A stretch of 64,000 bases of DNA from an uncultured virus (IMG/VR IMGVR_UViG_3300030419_006277) (IMGVR_UViG_3300030419_006277:1-64000), one strand, 5' to 3'. Positions 7,894-15,287 are shown, counted from the first letter of the stretch. Numbers and translations: made by a program. Notes: generated by a model from the sequence alone, not told the origin.

Positions 7894-8021
7894 TCAGTTC
7901 TTAACCGAGGAACTGATAAGCGTGTTGGGCTGAGTTGATCTGAGGTGAATTGAGAAGAGCCGATCCGTATAGAAGCGAAAGGAACTGAGTTGCAGCAGTT
8001 TTAAGTCATACTCAGGACTAT
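7894..8021 (-). ncRNA. Candidate guide RNA A: structured 5' leader, 15 pentamer units (HNC-NN, mostly YTC), conserved CCCAACACGCTT and 3' hairpin
   Basis: 5-nt periodicity 7920-7994 with C at triplet position 3 in all 15 units; 3' stem-loop TCAGTTC-CTCGGTTAA-GAACTGA. Confidence 0.8.
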
Positions 8022-8032
8022 TTTTGGTGTAG

Positions 8033-8290
8033 TCATGGCACTAATCCCTTTTTATCGAGATAATTAAGTAAGACTTGAGCAGCCTCTCCTGGTGGCCCAG
8101 GTTCTGTAGCTTCTGCCATAATTGCAAAGATGATCTTAGGATCTTTTCTAACTTGTTCTTCAACTATGGGGAAAGATATTTTGAAAATATTGTCATAGAT
8201 AGCGCGAGCATTCTCCATGTCCCCACGTTTAACACATGCCTCAGCTTCTTTGCGGCATACATCTAGGAAGTCAGCGTTAAGATCTTCCAT
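8033..8290 (-). CDS. Hypothetical protein
   Basis: ORF with TAATG coupling. Confidence 0.6.
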   Translation of the reverse strand: MEDLNADFLDVCRKEAEACVKRGDMENARAIYDNIFKISFPIVEEQVRKDPKIIFAIMAEATEPGPPGEAAQVLLNYLDKKGLVP

Positions 8291-8490
8291 TAGAACGTAA
8301 GATAAGGGTCATTTTTTGATAAAATCTCCCCATCCGAGACTTTTAACTGTCTAACTAAATAGGATTGTCCAAAGGATAGGGTGTCAACTACTTTGATTTG
8401 CCTATTCAGTTGATCTTCATTGAGTGTCTTGAGCTGTTCTAGTAGCTCTCCCCAGGTTTTTGTGTCGGTTGTAGTCATAGTTTCATCCAT
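8290..8490 (-). CDS. Hypothetical protein (TWGELLEQLKTLNEDQLN motif; start may be 8478)
   Basis: T(W/Y).ELL..L..L..EQL pattern familiar from small phage proteins. Confidence 0.6.
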   Translation of the reverse strand: MDETMTTTDTKTWGELLEQLKTLNEDQLNRQIKVVDTLSFGQSYLVRQLKVSDGEILSKNDPYLTF

Positions 8491-8684
8491 GGCATTACCC
8501 TTGGTTTCCCGTAGGCATGATGTTTAGCAGGGTTCTCTAGTGCGTCAGTTAATTCTTTACATAGAGAGACAAGAATAGTTCTTGCTTCATCATCATCAGG
8601 TAAGTCAGCCTTACCAATTAAATCTCTCAAACATGTGATTGTTTTAGTCCCTTTAAGTTCAATAACTAAATTTTCAAGATCCAT
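8475..8684 (-). CDS. Hypothetical protein
   Basis: ORF in operon. Confidence 0.55.
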   Translation of the reverse strand: MDLENLVIELKGTKTITCLRDLIGKADLPDDDEARTILVSLCKELTDALENPAKHHAYGKPRVMPWMKL

Positions 8685-8867
8685 CTATACCCCCTCCCCC
8701 TCTACTTTTTCTGATACTTCTATATCACATTTGTAGGTAGGATCGGTTTCATCCCACAGCTCCGAATACTTCCTCTGCTCATTGGCTATTCTTCTAGCTT
8801 CTTCAGCATCAGGAGCCATTATCTCAAAGCGATTGCTTTGTATAACATTTACTATGTAGGTAGTCAT
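8685..8867 (-). CDS. Hypothetical protein
   Basis: ORF in operon; ends in GEGV. Confidence 0.6.
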   Translation of the reverse strand: MTTYIVNVIQSNRFEIMAPDAEEARRIANEQRKYSELWDETDPTYKCDIEVSEKVEGEGV

Positions 8868-9118
8868 ACCCCCTCCCCTTTGCTATTAATTAATAGGTCT
8901 CTAATTCTCTTTATCAGCCGCACTGTTAATATATTTATCGGGAAGCCTGAATCTTTGTCAAACCTTAAACGTAGTTCTAAGCCTTGCAGTAATTCAATTA
9001 ATTCTGCATCTGTGTGGCCCAATACCTTAATCTCTTCTTGATTCATTGGTCTGGTTGTGCGGTGTACTTTCTTCCTACCGTGGGTTTTGATAGGTGGCAA
9101 GGTTGGTTGTTGAGTCAT
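8864..9118 (-). CDS. Hypothetical protein
   Basis: ORF in operon; ends in GEGV. Confidence 0.55.
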   Translation of the reverse strand: MTQQPTLPPIKTHGRKKVHRTTRPMNQEEIKVLGHTDAELIELLQGLELRLRFDKDSGFPINILTVRLIKRIRDLLINSKGEGV

Positions 9119-9282
9119 AGGTGAAAGCTCCCTTCGTTTAGTTTTCTTGCTGCCCTGCTGGTAGCTACCGTGGCAGCATCGGCTTTTGACATGCGCTGTG
9201 CTAACTGCTCCAACTGGAGACGGGCGGACTCTTTAGCGGTCTCAGGGCTAGTACTTAGCCATTCATGCTTTGACTGCTTCAT
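9115..9282 (-). CDS. 55-aa hypothetical protein (MKQSKHEWLSTSPE...)
   Basis: Manual translation; ATGA overlaps on both sides. Confidence 0.55.
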   Translation of the reverse strand: MKQSKHEWLSTSPETAKESARLQLEQLAQRMSKADAATVATSRAARKLNEGSFHL

Positions 9283-9404
9283 TGCTCCCCCTCGAATAGC
9301 TCCATAGCTAGGGCCACTTGCTCATCATCTGTGAGCGACGGGTGCTGCTCTTTTACAAGCTCTAGAAGATCCTCTAACCGTTCGGAATTTGTTTCGTAGG
9401 ACAT
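9279..9404 (-). CDS. 41-aa hypothetical protein (MSYETNSERLEDLLE...)
   Basis: Manual translation; ATGA coupling. Confidence 0.55.
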   Translation of the reverse strand: MSYETNSERLEDLLELVKEQHPSLTDDEQVALAMELFEGEQ

Positions 9405-9488
9405 GGCGGTGTTGTGTACAAATTAAAGTTAAGGTGCTTTGAAACACTGTCCATAGTGTGTTCACAATGTGTTATATACCCCCTCCCC

Positions 9489-9824
9489 CTAGTCGTAGCT
9501 GTCATATAGGGCCGCTTTACCATCCCATGGCTCGATCAATCCAAAATATTTAATAAAGGCATACTCTTGCCCGTTATCCTTCCAAGTCTTACGGGCTTTC
9601 CTGAATACTGAGCCTCTAGGGATATCAACAGGAATTTTTAGACCGGCCTGCCCATAGCCATCGTGTTCCAGTAATTGCGAGTGGACCTCTTGAAACCAGA
9701 CTGAGGCTTTAGAGAGTCGCACAACCTTATAGAAGTGCGGCAGGTTAACGGTTGACCCTGCGTCGCAATAGCAGATCTGGCCAATTTTGAAGGTTTTAGA
9801 CTTGGTTTGTGTGTTGGTGGTCAT
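9489..9824 (-). CDS. Hypothetical early protein
   Basis: FKIGQI.Y.....T....FYKVVR pattern seen in phage early proteins. Confidence 0.65.
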   Translation of the reverse strand: MTTNTQTKSKTFKIGQICYCDAGSTVNLPHFYKVVRLSKASVWFQEVHSQLLEHDGYGQAGLKIPVDIPRGSVFRKARKTWKDNGQEYAFIKYFGLIEPWDGKAALYDSYD

Positions 9825-9864
9825 GGTTAGTTAGTGCGGAATGATTAAGAAATAATTAAGAGAA

Positions 9865-10002
9865 CTATTCCTCGAAATTGTTCTCTAGGTCGTATTTATA
9901 TTGCTCATACCCTCCTGGGTATTCTTCATTGATTCGCTCAATTAGGGCTAGTTCTTCTTGTTCTCTTTCGTAGTTGTTTAGCATCATGTTGTGATAGTCC
10001 AT
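9865..10002 (-). CDS. 45-aa acidic hypothetical protein (MDYHNMMLNNYERE...)
   Basis: Manual translation; starts 3 nt after the upstream stop. Confidence 0.5.
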   Translation of the reverse strand: MDYHNMMLNNYEREQEELALIERINEEYPGGYEQYKYDLENNFEE

Positions 10003-10005
10003 GTT

Positions 10006-10713
10006 TTAAACCTCCATTAGTACACGGTTTGCAGTTGCCCCATGCGCGTTTATAACAACATCAGCCGCAGAGCCTGAGCAAAGGCCACAAGTGGCGCAAT
10101 TGGTCTTTTGACCCTTCTCAATGCTTGCCATGCAATGCACAGAGTTGGTGGGATCTTCTACGCTTTCATGTTTGACTAGAAAGGTTTTCCAATCGTGGAA
10201 ATTAGCTTCTAGTTTGTCTATTACATCTTCACAGGATGCTTGCACAATGCCTCTAAATTCCTGCGCGAATGCTTCCCGCCATTGATGCGTATAGCCTGTA
10301 TGTGTTCTTGCATGATTTAACATCTTGCGCCATATCTCAACATTAAACATTGCGGGATCCCCTGCGCTGCCCATCCTTAGGGCGTGGCCGTCGAATAGAT
10401 GCCAGTCGTTGCCTATATGTGGATAGTTGCCGCGCTTGTAGCAATTCCAGACACTTAAAGGCGCATGATACCAACGCACATAGCAAGAACCCTTGCGGCT
10501 TCCATGGTGTGGGCAGTTGCCACAAACTGATTTACCGCGTTCATCCTTGAATGCTTCGTTTGGTTTGACGTCAGTTCGAAGGATCCAGCTCTGAAGCATT
10601 GAACCAGTTTTGTCATTAGCTGATACCTTGTCAAAGCCTGTAACTATTAGGACAATTGGCGCCCCATCGTATGGGCTGGTGCCTTCTGCAATGATTCTGC
10701 CGTTCGTGTTCAT
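10006..10713 (-). CDS. Cys-rich phage protein, GP88-like / possible Fe-S (radical-SAM-related) fold
   Basis: NDKTG; CGNCP......CY; LRMGSAGDP; TGYTHQW; C..S...CATCGLC; AHG motifs; start set by leader motif. Confidence 0.65.
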   Translation of the reverse strand: MNTNGRIIAEGTSPYDGAPIVLIVTGFDKVSANDKTGSMLQSWILRTDVKPNEAFKDERGKSVCGNCPHHGSRKGSCYVRWYHAPLSVWNCYKRGNYPHIGNDWHLFDGHALRMGSAGDPAMFNVEIWRKMLNHARTHTGYTHQWREAFAQEFRGIVQASCEDVIDKLEANFHDWKTFLVKHESVEDPTNSVHCMASIEKGQKTNCATCGLCSGSAADVVINAHGATANRVLMEV

Positions 10714-10746
10714 TGGTTTAATTGGTGATGTGTGCAAGTGATGGGG

Positions 10747-10932
10747 TTAAAGGATGCGGGGCCTCTTAGTTTCTAGTTGATCTTTTAAAGATTCATCATC
10801 TTGGCTCATCTCCCATAAATCAAGTTGATCTAGTTCGTTTACTGTCTCTTTAATTGTTGCCGTAGCTGGGAATAGTTGGTCAAAAAGAGAATTGACGAAT
10901 TCGTGAGACTCTTTAGAAAGTTTCTTTGTCAT
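10747..10932 (-). CDS. Hypothetical protein (start at MTKKLSK)
   Basis: Leader ACCAATTAAACCAATG. Confidence 0.55.
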   Translation of the reverse strand: MTKKLSKESHEFVNSLFDQLFPATATIKETVNELDQLDLWEMSQDDESLKDQLETKRPRIL

Positions 10933-10961
10933 TGGTTTAATTGGTTGAGAGTGTGGGCAAT

Positions 10962-10990
10962 AAAAAACAAGCTCTATTAAAAGAACTTGC
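10962..10990 (-). terminator. Rho-independent terminator after the first leftward gene
   Basis: GCAAGTTCT-TTTAAT-AGAGCTTGT followed by TTTTT. Confidence 0.55.
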
Positions 10991-11228
10991 AAAGGAAAAA
11001 ATAATTGTCTTTGTCATGTCCTGCGTGGACTATCTCAGCCTGGCCTAGGCTCCATTCTCTAATTAAATTATTAGCAGCATTCAAAGCCTCTTCTAATGGT
11101 TCTAAAGTTCCGCCACTTGCTGCGGTTGACTTTCTGAATGTCACATCATGGCATTTGTGCTCAGCTTTCCACTTGTTAGCGGTTCTTTTGACTGTAATGA
11201 CTGGCAAGGTTGTTTGAATCTTGGTCAT
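10977..11228 (-). CDS. Hypothetical protein, first gene of the leftward early region
   Basis: ORF just downstream of a sigma70-like promoter. Confidence 0.65.
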   Translation of the reverse strand: MTKIQTTLPVITVKRTANKWKAEHKCHDVTFRKSTAASGGTLEPLEEALNAANNLIREWSLGQAEIVHAGHDKDNYFFLCKFF

Positions 11229-11252
11229 GGGTGCGGTGCGCTGTATGTCTTA

Positions 11253-11281
11253 AATATATAAAGACGGGCTTATATAAGCAA
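11253..11281 (-). promoter_or_regulatory. Sigma70-like early promoter
   Basis: TTGCTT-17 nt-TATATT, about 25 nt upstream of ATG 11228. Confidence 0.6.
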
Positions 11282-11716
11282 TGTATGTAGTTAATAAGTT
11301 TACACTCAGTCACAAAAGCTAGTTATTTAGGCTGAATTAATTTCCACAGTCTTTGCCCCTGCCGTTCTAGTGCGTCTCTATCTCTTGGCGGGCGGTGGAG
11401 AAGGGACACAGAAAAACCTCTTAAAGCTGTGCATTTAGTGGGAAAAAAGACAAGAAAAAGACATATTTTGACATAAAACAGATAAAACTAGAAAAATATT
11501 GATTTTAAAGCGCGTGCGCGTGGGCTGTGACTCATCCGCGACAGTTCAAACCATCAAAAAACGGCCAAACGTGGCGCAAACCTTGCATGATGCGGGCTGT
11601 TTGGGTCAATCGGGCCGGTTGTCGGAGCTGTTTCGGTCGGTATGTCAAGACAAAAGGGCAAATTAGTTGCAAAGCTTCACATAAAGTCGGCGCCAGTTCG
11701 CCAAACCGTCGGTAGT

Positions 11717-11730
11717 AGAACATATGTACT
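11717..11730 (-). promoter_or_regulatory. Cyanobacterial LexA-box match AGTACATATGTTCT
   Basis: Exact match to RGTACNNNDGTWCB in the divergent non-coding region. Confidence 0.45.
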
Positions 11731-11825
11731 ATCTTTTCAGCGAAAAAAGAGCATAAAACGGGCCAAAAGTCAAATGTTAAGCACTTTGTAAAGTGTTAAG
11801 CGTAATATTTCTTTTTTTTCCTCCC

Positions 11826-11843
11826 AATGTAAAGTTTTGTAAC
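11826..11843 (-). promoter_or_regulatory. HLR1 (RpaB-binding) type direct repeat GTTACAAA-AC-TTTACATT
   Basis: Exact match to (G/T)TTACA(T/A)(T/A)-N2-(G/T)TTACA(T/A)(T/A). Confidence 0.55.
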
Positions 11844-11968
11844 CCTCCGCCTGATAGCTCTTCGAATTTTTTCCCAAAAATGGGGTTTTTAAAGGCTCGG
11901 TAGGGTAAATCGTCTCAGCAAATGTACAGGAACTAAAATTAAATTTATAGCCTTAAAAATTAATAGAA

Positions 11969-13375
11969 GTGCCGTTAGGAATCCCAATTACGGAGAAGGA
12001 AATACTCGCACGACAGATGGGTGTCTCTCCACAAGAACTTGAATATATGGGAAGGTGGGAACCTCGCCGTAATGCAGCTCAAAAAGCAGCAAAATTCCTT
12101 AAAGATGCAGCAATTCTTGCCGGAACTGGAGCATTAGCTTATCAAGGTTATAAAGCATTACAAGATGGCAGAAATCAACCCGGTTCTGACACTACAGGGG
12201 GCGTTAGTGGAGGGACAACTCCAACTCCAAGTCCAAGTCCCGGCGACGGTGGGGGTTCACCTTCTGTAGATAGTGCAAAACCAAGTGGAGATCAGGCTGT
12301 TAGACAACAATTATTGAGTAAAGCAACAGTAAATAGAGAAAAAGGTGGTCCTTTAGCACGTAGAACAAATAGAGGTTCAGCTATAGCGTCAACGCCGTCA
12401 AGAGCTGTAACTGCTCCGGCTGATTCGTCTTCTGCACTTTCCGCTGCTGATGATGAGTATGTAAATTACGGTTCTGTTGGAGTACCTATTGCAACTAGGA
12501 ATAAGAATCGTCCAGGATTAACTGAAGATCTTTATACCGGATTGAGGGCTGAAAATCCTTTAACTACTGGGGTTGTAGCAACTGCTGTAACTAAAGATGG
12601 CCGACCAATTCGAGCATTAGGCGGTGGCGGTGGTGCCTTAACATTCCCAGCTCAATATCAGACTCCTTTTCAAAGAATGGCATATGGAGGTCCTTTTGGG
12701 CTATCTACAAAAGCGGCGATGACTCCACGATTCTGGGAGATGGGTGGAGGCGCACCTCCTGGATGGGCTTCCGGTCTTGGTGGAACTTTAGGGCATGCTG
12801 CGGAAGGTGTTATTGGTTTAGTTCAGCCTGAATTAATTCCAGTTTTAGGTGCCGGTGAGTTTATTGGTAATGTTGTAAGTCATATTCCTCAAATTGCAGG
12901 CGCAGGGGCAAGTATGGGAGTACGCGCCCTTGAACAAGGTGTAATTGGTGGATTAACTGCTTCAGAAAGGGCACTGACTGATGCTTTAAATGTAGCTTCT
13001 ATTGCGGTACCTACAGCAAAAGCTGCTGGTCAACTTACAAGACGTGCCGGTGATCGAGTATTTGATTTAGGTCAATCTACCCGACGAATTCATGATCAAT
13101 ACATAGTTCCTCCAGTTCGTGGGGCCGCAAGACAACTTAGGCAGTGGGATACAGAAGGCAGATATTTATATGATCAGGTTGCTCCTCAGTTGGCTGCTAG
13201 AGCTGCTGCTGATTATGAGAGAGGAATCATTAAGCCTGTTGTTGGTTCTATGAGAAATGCACAAAAGGCTGCTTTGAATGAGGTAGTTCAGAAATTCCTT
13301 CCAGATGGTTCAAGACATCCAGATTTACCTCCGGGTGAAGATGATGCTTTTAGAGATCCGTGGGGTAATTACTAA
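11969..13375 (+). CDS. Gly/Ala-rich putative internal virion/ejection protein
   Basis: 468 aa; low complexity; hydrophobic N-terminal helix; first rightward gene. Confidence 0.65.
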   Translation: MPLGIPITEKEILARQMGVSPQELEYMGRWEPRRNAAQKAAKFLKDAAILAGTGALAYQGYKALQDGRNQPGSDTTGGVSGGTTPTPSPSPGDGGGSPSVDSAKPSGDQAVRQQLLSKATVNREKGGPLARRTNRGSAIASTPSRAVTAPADSSSALSAADDEYVNYGSVGVPIATRNKNRPGLTEDLYTGLRAENPLTTGVVATAVTKDGRPIRALGGGGGALTFPAQYQTPFQRMAYGGPFGLSTKAAMTPRFWEMGGGAPPGWASGLGGTLGHAAEGVIGLVQPELIPVLGAGEFIGNVVSHIPQIAGAGASMGVRALEQGVIGGLTASERALTDALNVASIAVPTAKAAGQLTRRAGDRVFDLGQSTRRIHDQYIVPPVRGAARQLRQWDTEGRYLYDQVAPQLAARAAADYERGIIKPVVGSMRNAQKAALNEVVQKFLPDGSRHPDLPPGEDDAFRDPWGNY

Positions 13376-14385
13376 TGTCTGTTTCTCCCGCTGATTTCGA
13401 GCTTTATTCTCGTGTGACGGGGTCTCCTTTACCTAGATCACCTCAAGAACAAATGAGGATGGCGCCTCATGTTTATAATTTCATTCGTCATAATCAATAT
13501 GCTCAAACAAAGAGAGAACCAAGCACTTTGCAGAAAGCTGCTGGTTTCTTAGGAAAAGCTGCTTTAGTAGGAGCTGGACTTGGTGCTCTTTATGGGGCAA
13601 GTGACGTTTTTGGTCGGGGTCCAAAACCTTCAGTTGACAATGAGACACTTCAATCAGACGTAGAAGTTCCTTCTTCACAGAATGAAGTTTCTACTCAACA
13701 AGGTGCTGATATTCCTGCTGCTTCTTTCCAAGAAGATCCGAATCAGTATGTTGTTGGGGCTTATCCTTTAGCTTCACCTCAGACAGAATATCCGCCTGAT
13801 AAATATTTCTCCCCTCGCGGAGATTACAATGACCCTGAGAATATTAAATTTGGATTACCAACCAATAAAGCTGGTAGAGCACAACTTTCTAAGTTTATAG
13901 ATACTCTCCACGCTCCTCAAATAAATGAGGAGTTAATTGGTGATAATTCTCAATTAGTTGACCACCCAGATCTACCAGGTGGTGAAGTACCTCATACTCC
14001 TCAATCACAAGCAATTGAAGATCGACTTGTAGAACAAGCTATTAATGAGACAACATTTGATTCTCCCTATTTGACACAGGCTTATAATCCAGATGATGAT
14101 TCAATTGGACAGATAAAGAATAAATACACTGAAGTAGGTCTTACACATGGTGGAGATATCTATACAAGATTTAGGGATCATGGTAGTACTGCTGCTCCTC
14201 GTTATTTCACTAGAACACATCCTCAAGAAGCCGAGGTTTTTGAAGACCTTTATAGACGAGGTGATTTAACAGGAGATGATGGTATTAATCCAAGTCTTCT
14301 TGTTGATGCTTTACTCGAAAGAACAGTAGCAAAAATGGGTGGTAAGGATAAGCAATACAAGATGGGTCCCGAAGGTTGGGAGTAG
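13375..14385 (+). CDS. Putative internal virion protein, partly paralogous to the upstream gene
   Basis: Shares QKAA.FL..AA...G.GAL and HPDLP.GE with 11969-13375. Confidence 0.65.
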   Translation: MSVSPADFELYSRVTGSPLPRSPQEQMRMAPHVYNFIRHNQYAQTKREPSTLQKAAGFLGKAALVGAGLGALYGASDVFGRGPKPSVDNETLQSDVEVPSSQNEVSTQQGADIPAASFQEDPNQYVVGAYPLASPQTEYPPDKYFSPRGDYNDPENIKFGLPTNKAGRAQLSKFIDTLHAPQINEELIGDNSQLVDHPDLPGGEVPHTPQSQAIEDRLVEQAINETTFDSPYLTQAYNPDDDSIGQIKNKYTEVGLTHGGDIYTRFRDHGSTAAPRYFTRTHPQEAEVFEDLYRRGDLTGDDGINPSLLVDALLERTVAKMGGKDKQYKMGPEGWE

Positions 14386-14415
14386 TGCTAAATTTATGGT
14401 AATGACTGTTATCTA

Positions 14416-14805
14416 ATGTCTTTTCTCGAACCTCTCATTGCTGCTGCTTTAGGTGCTGGTATCACTGCACTTGCAGTTTTCTTTGGGAAGAATGCAGCTG
14501 CTAGAGCTTTTCTAAATCATGGCCCTTTGTTGCAGAAAGCATACGATTTGATCGATCCCATCCTAGATAAGAACATTCATAACTGGAATGGTTCTCAAGT
14601 CGATAAAGCATTTGAACTTGCAATAGCCTCCGTTGCTGATGGTCAATTAAGTGAAGAAGAAATTAAGCAACTTTCTGTTCACATGGCGACGGCATGGCTT
14701 CCTGCTGCGGCTGCAGATAAGGTTCGTCTTCTTGAAGCTAAGGGAACTCCATCTGAACAACTTCAAGCTGCTGATGAAATCACTACTGAGGTAAACAATT
14801 CCTAG
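14416..14805 (+). CDS. Hypothetical protein with N-terminal TM helix
   Basis: LIAAALGAGITALAVFF. Confidence 0.7.
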   Translation: MSFLEPLIAAALGAGITALAVFFGKNAAARAFLNHGPLLQKAYDLIDPILDKNIHNWNGSQVDKAFELAIASVADGQLSEEEIKQLSVHMATAWLPAAAADKVRLLEAKGTPSEQLQAADEITTEVNNS

Positions 14806-14807
14806 TT

Positions 14808-15287
14808 ATGGTTAGTTTTGGAAAGATAATAAAAGATCGTACTAATCCTCGGGAACGAAAGTTTGCTAGTGGTGAAAGTCCTTACCAAGGATCTTTAGGA
14901 CAAAATAAAGATTTTGATGATCCATTGAGAAATCAGTGGAAAGCTATGTTTGAGGACAGTCCGATTGCTAGAGATTTTTATGCCAATGCGTATACTTTTC
15001 CTGGAGAGACTGCTGCTGCGTCACAAGCAAAGTTAGATAGTTCTGCAAATGACCCGTTTCCAAGATTTACGAATCCTGGTGATAATGCTTTTGCACAAAA
15101 TTTTTTAAATTATTATCTAGATAAAGGTGATGGAAATAGTGCAGAAGGTCGAGGATTGATTGAGGGAGCTAAAATAGTAAGACATGAAAACTTGAAGCAA
15201 CTTGCTACAACATTTGCCACTTCTGGTAATGCTAAGAGTGACCCGAATGTTGTTGGTGAATTCCCAAGAGATGACGTAGCAGTGTAA
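14808..15287 (+). CDS. Hypothetical protein
   Basis: ORF in operon. Confidence 0.65.
   Translation: MVSFGKIIKDRTNPRERKFASGESPYQGSLGQNKDFDDPLRNQWKAMFEDSPIARDFYANAYTFPGETAAASQAKLDSSANDPFPRFTNPGDNAFAQNFLNYYLDKGDGNSAEGRGLIEGAKIVRHENLKQLATTFATSGNAKSDPNVVGEFPRDDVAV

Larger units (their letters stand above)
8687..9490 (-). repeat. Dispersed 13-mer GGGGAGGGGGTAT x3 at gene junctions
   Basis: Plus-strand ATACCCCCTCCCC starting at 8687, 8866 and 9476. Confidence 0.8.

Noticed and set aside
7548..7933. Alternative-frame and antisense ORFs over the RAMP gene and array A (7548-7787, 7585-7791, 7706-7933)
   Set aside because: Shadows of a well-supported gene; the same applies to most short antisense ORFs in the track (e.g. 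429-629, 15987-16454, 17045-17323, 57393-57761).
6612..7994. Pentamer tracts as simple microsatellites or coding repeats
   Set aside because: Units are not identical copies, variation is concentrated at two of five positions, period 5 does not fit codons, and both tracts share a structured 3' end.
6585..8021. Canonical CRISPR array or complete CRISPR-Cas locus
   Set aside because: No 25-45 nt repeats separated by unique spacers and no other cas genes recognised; the repeat unit is a pentamer.
7995..8021. Hammerhead ribozyme in the array A leader (CTGAGTATGA...AAAC)
   Set aside because: The CUGANGA and GAAA core with three stems cannot be built; kept only as a possible pseudoknot.
11527..11723. 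Two short ORFs in the divergent control region
   Set aside because: Mutually antisense, atypical composition and no RBS or operon coupling; treated as non-coding.
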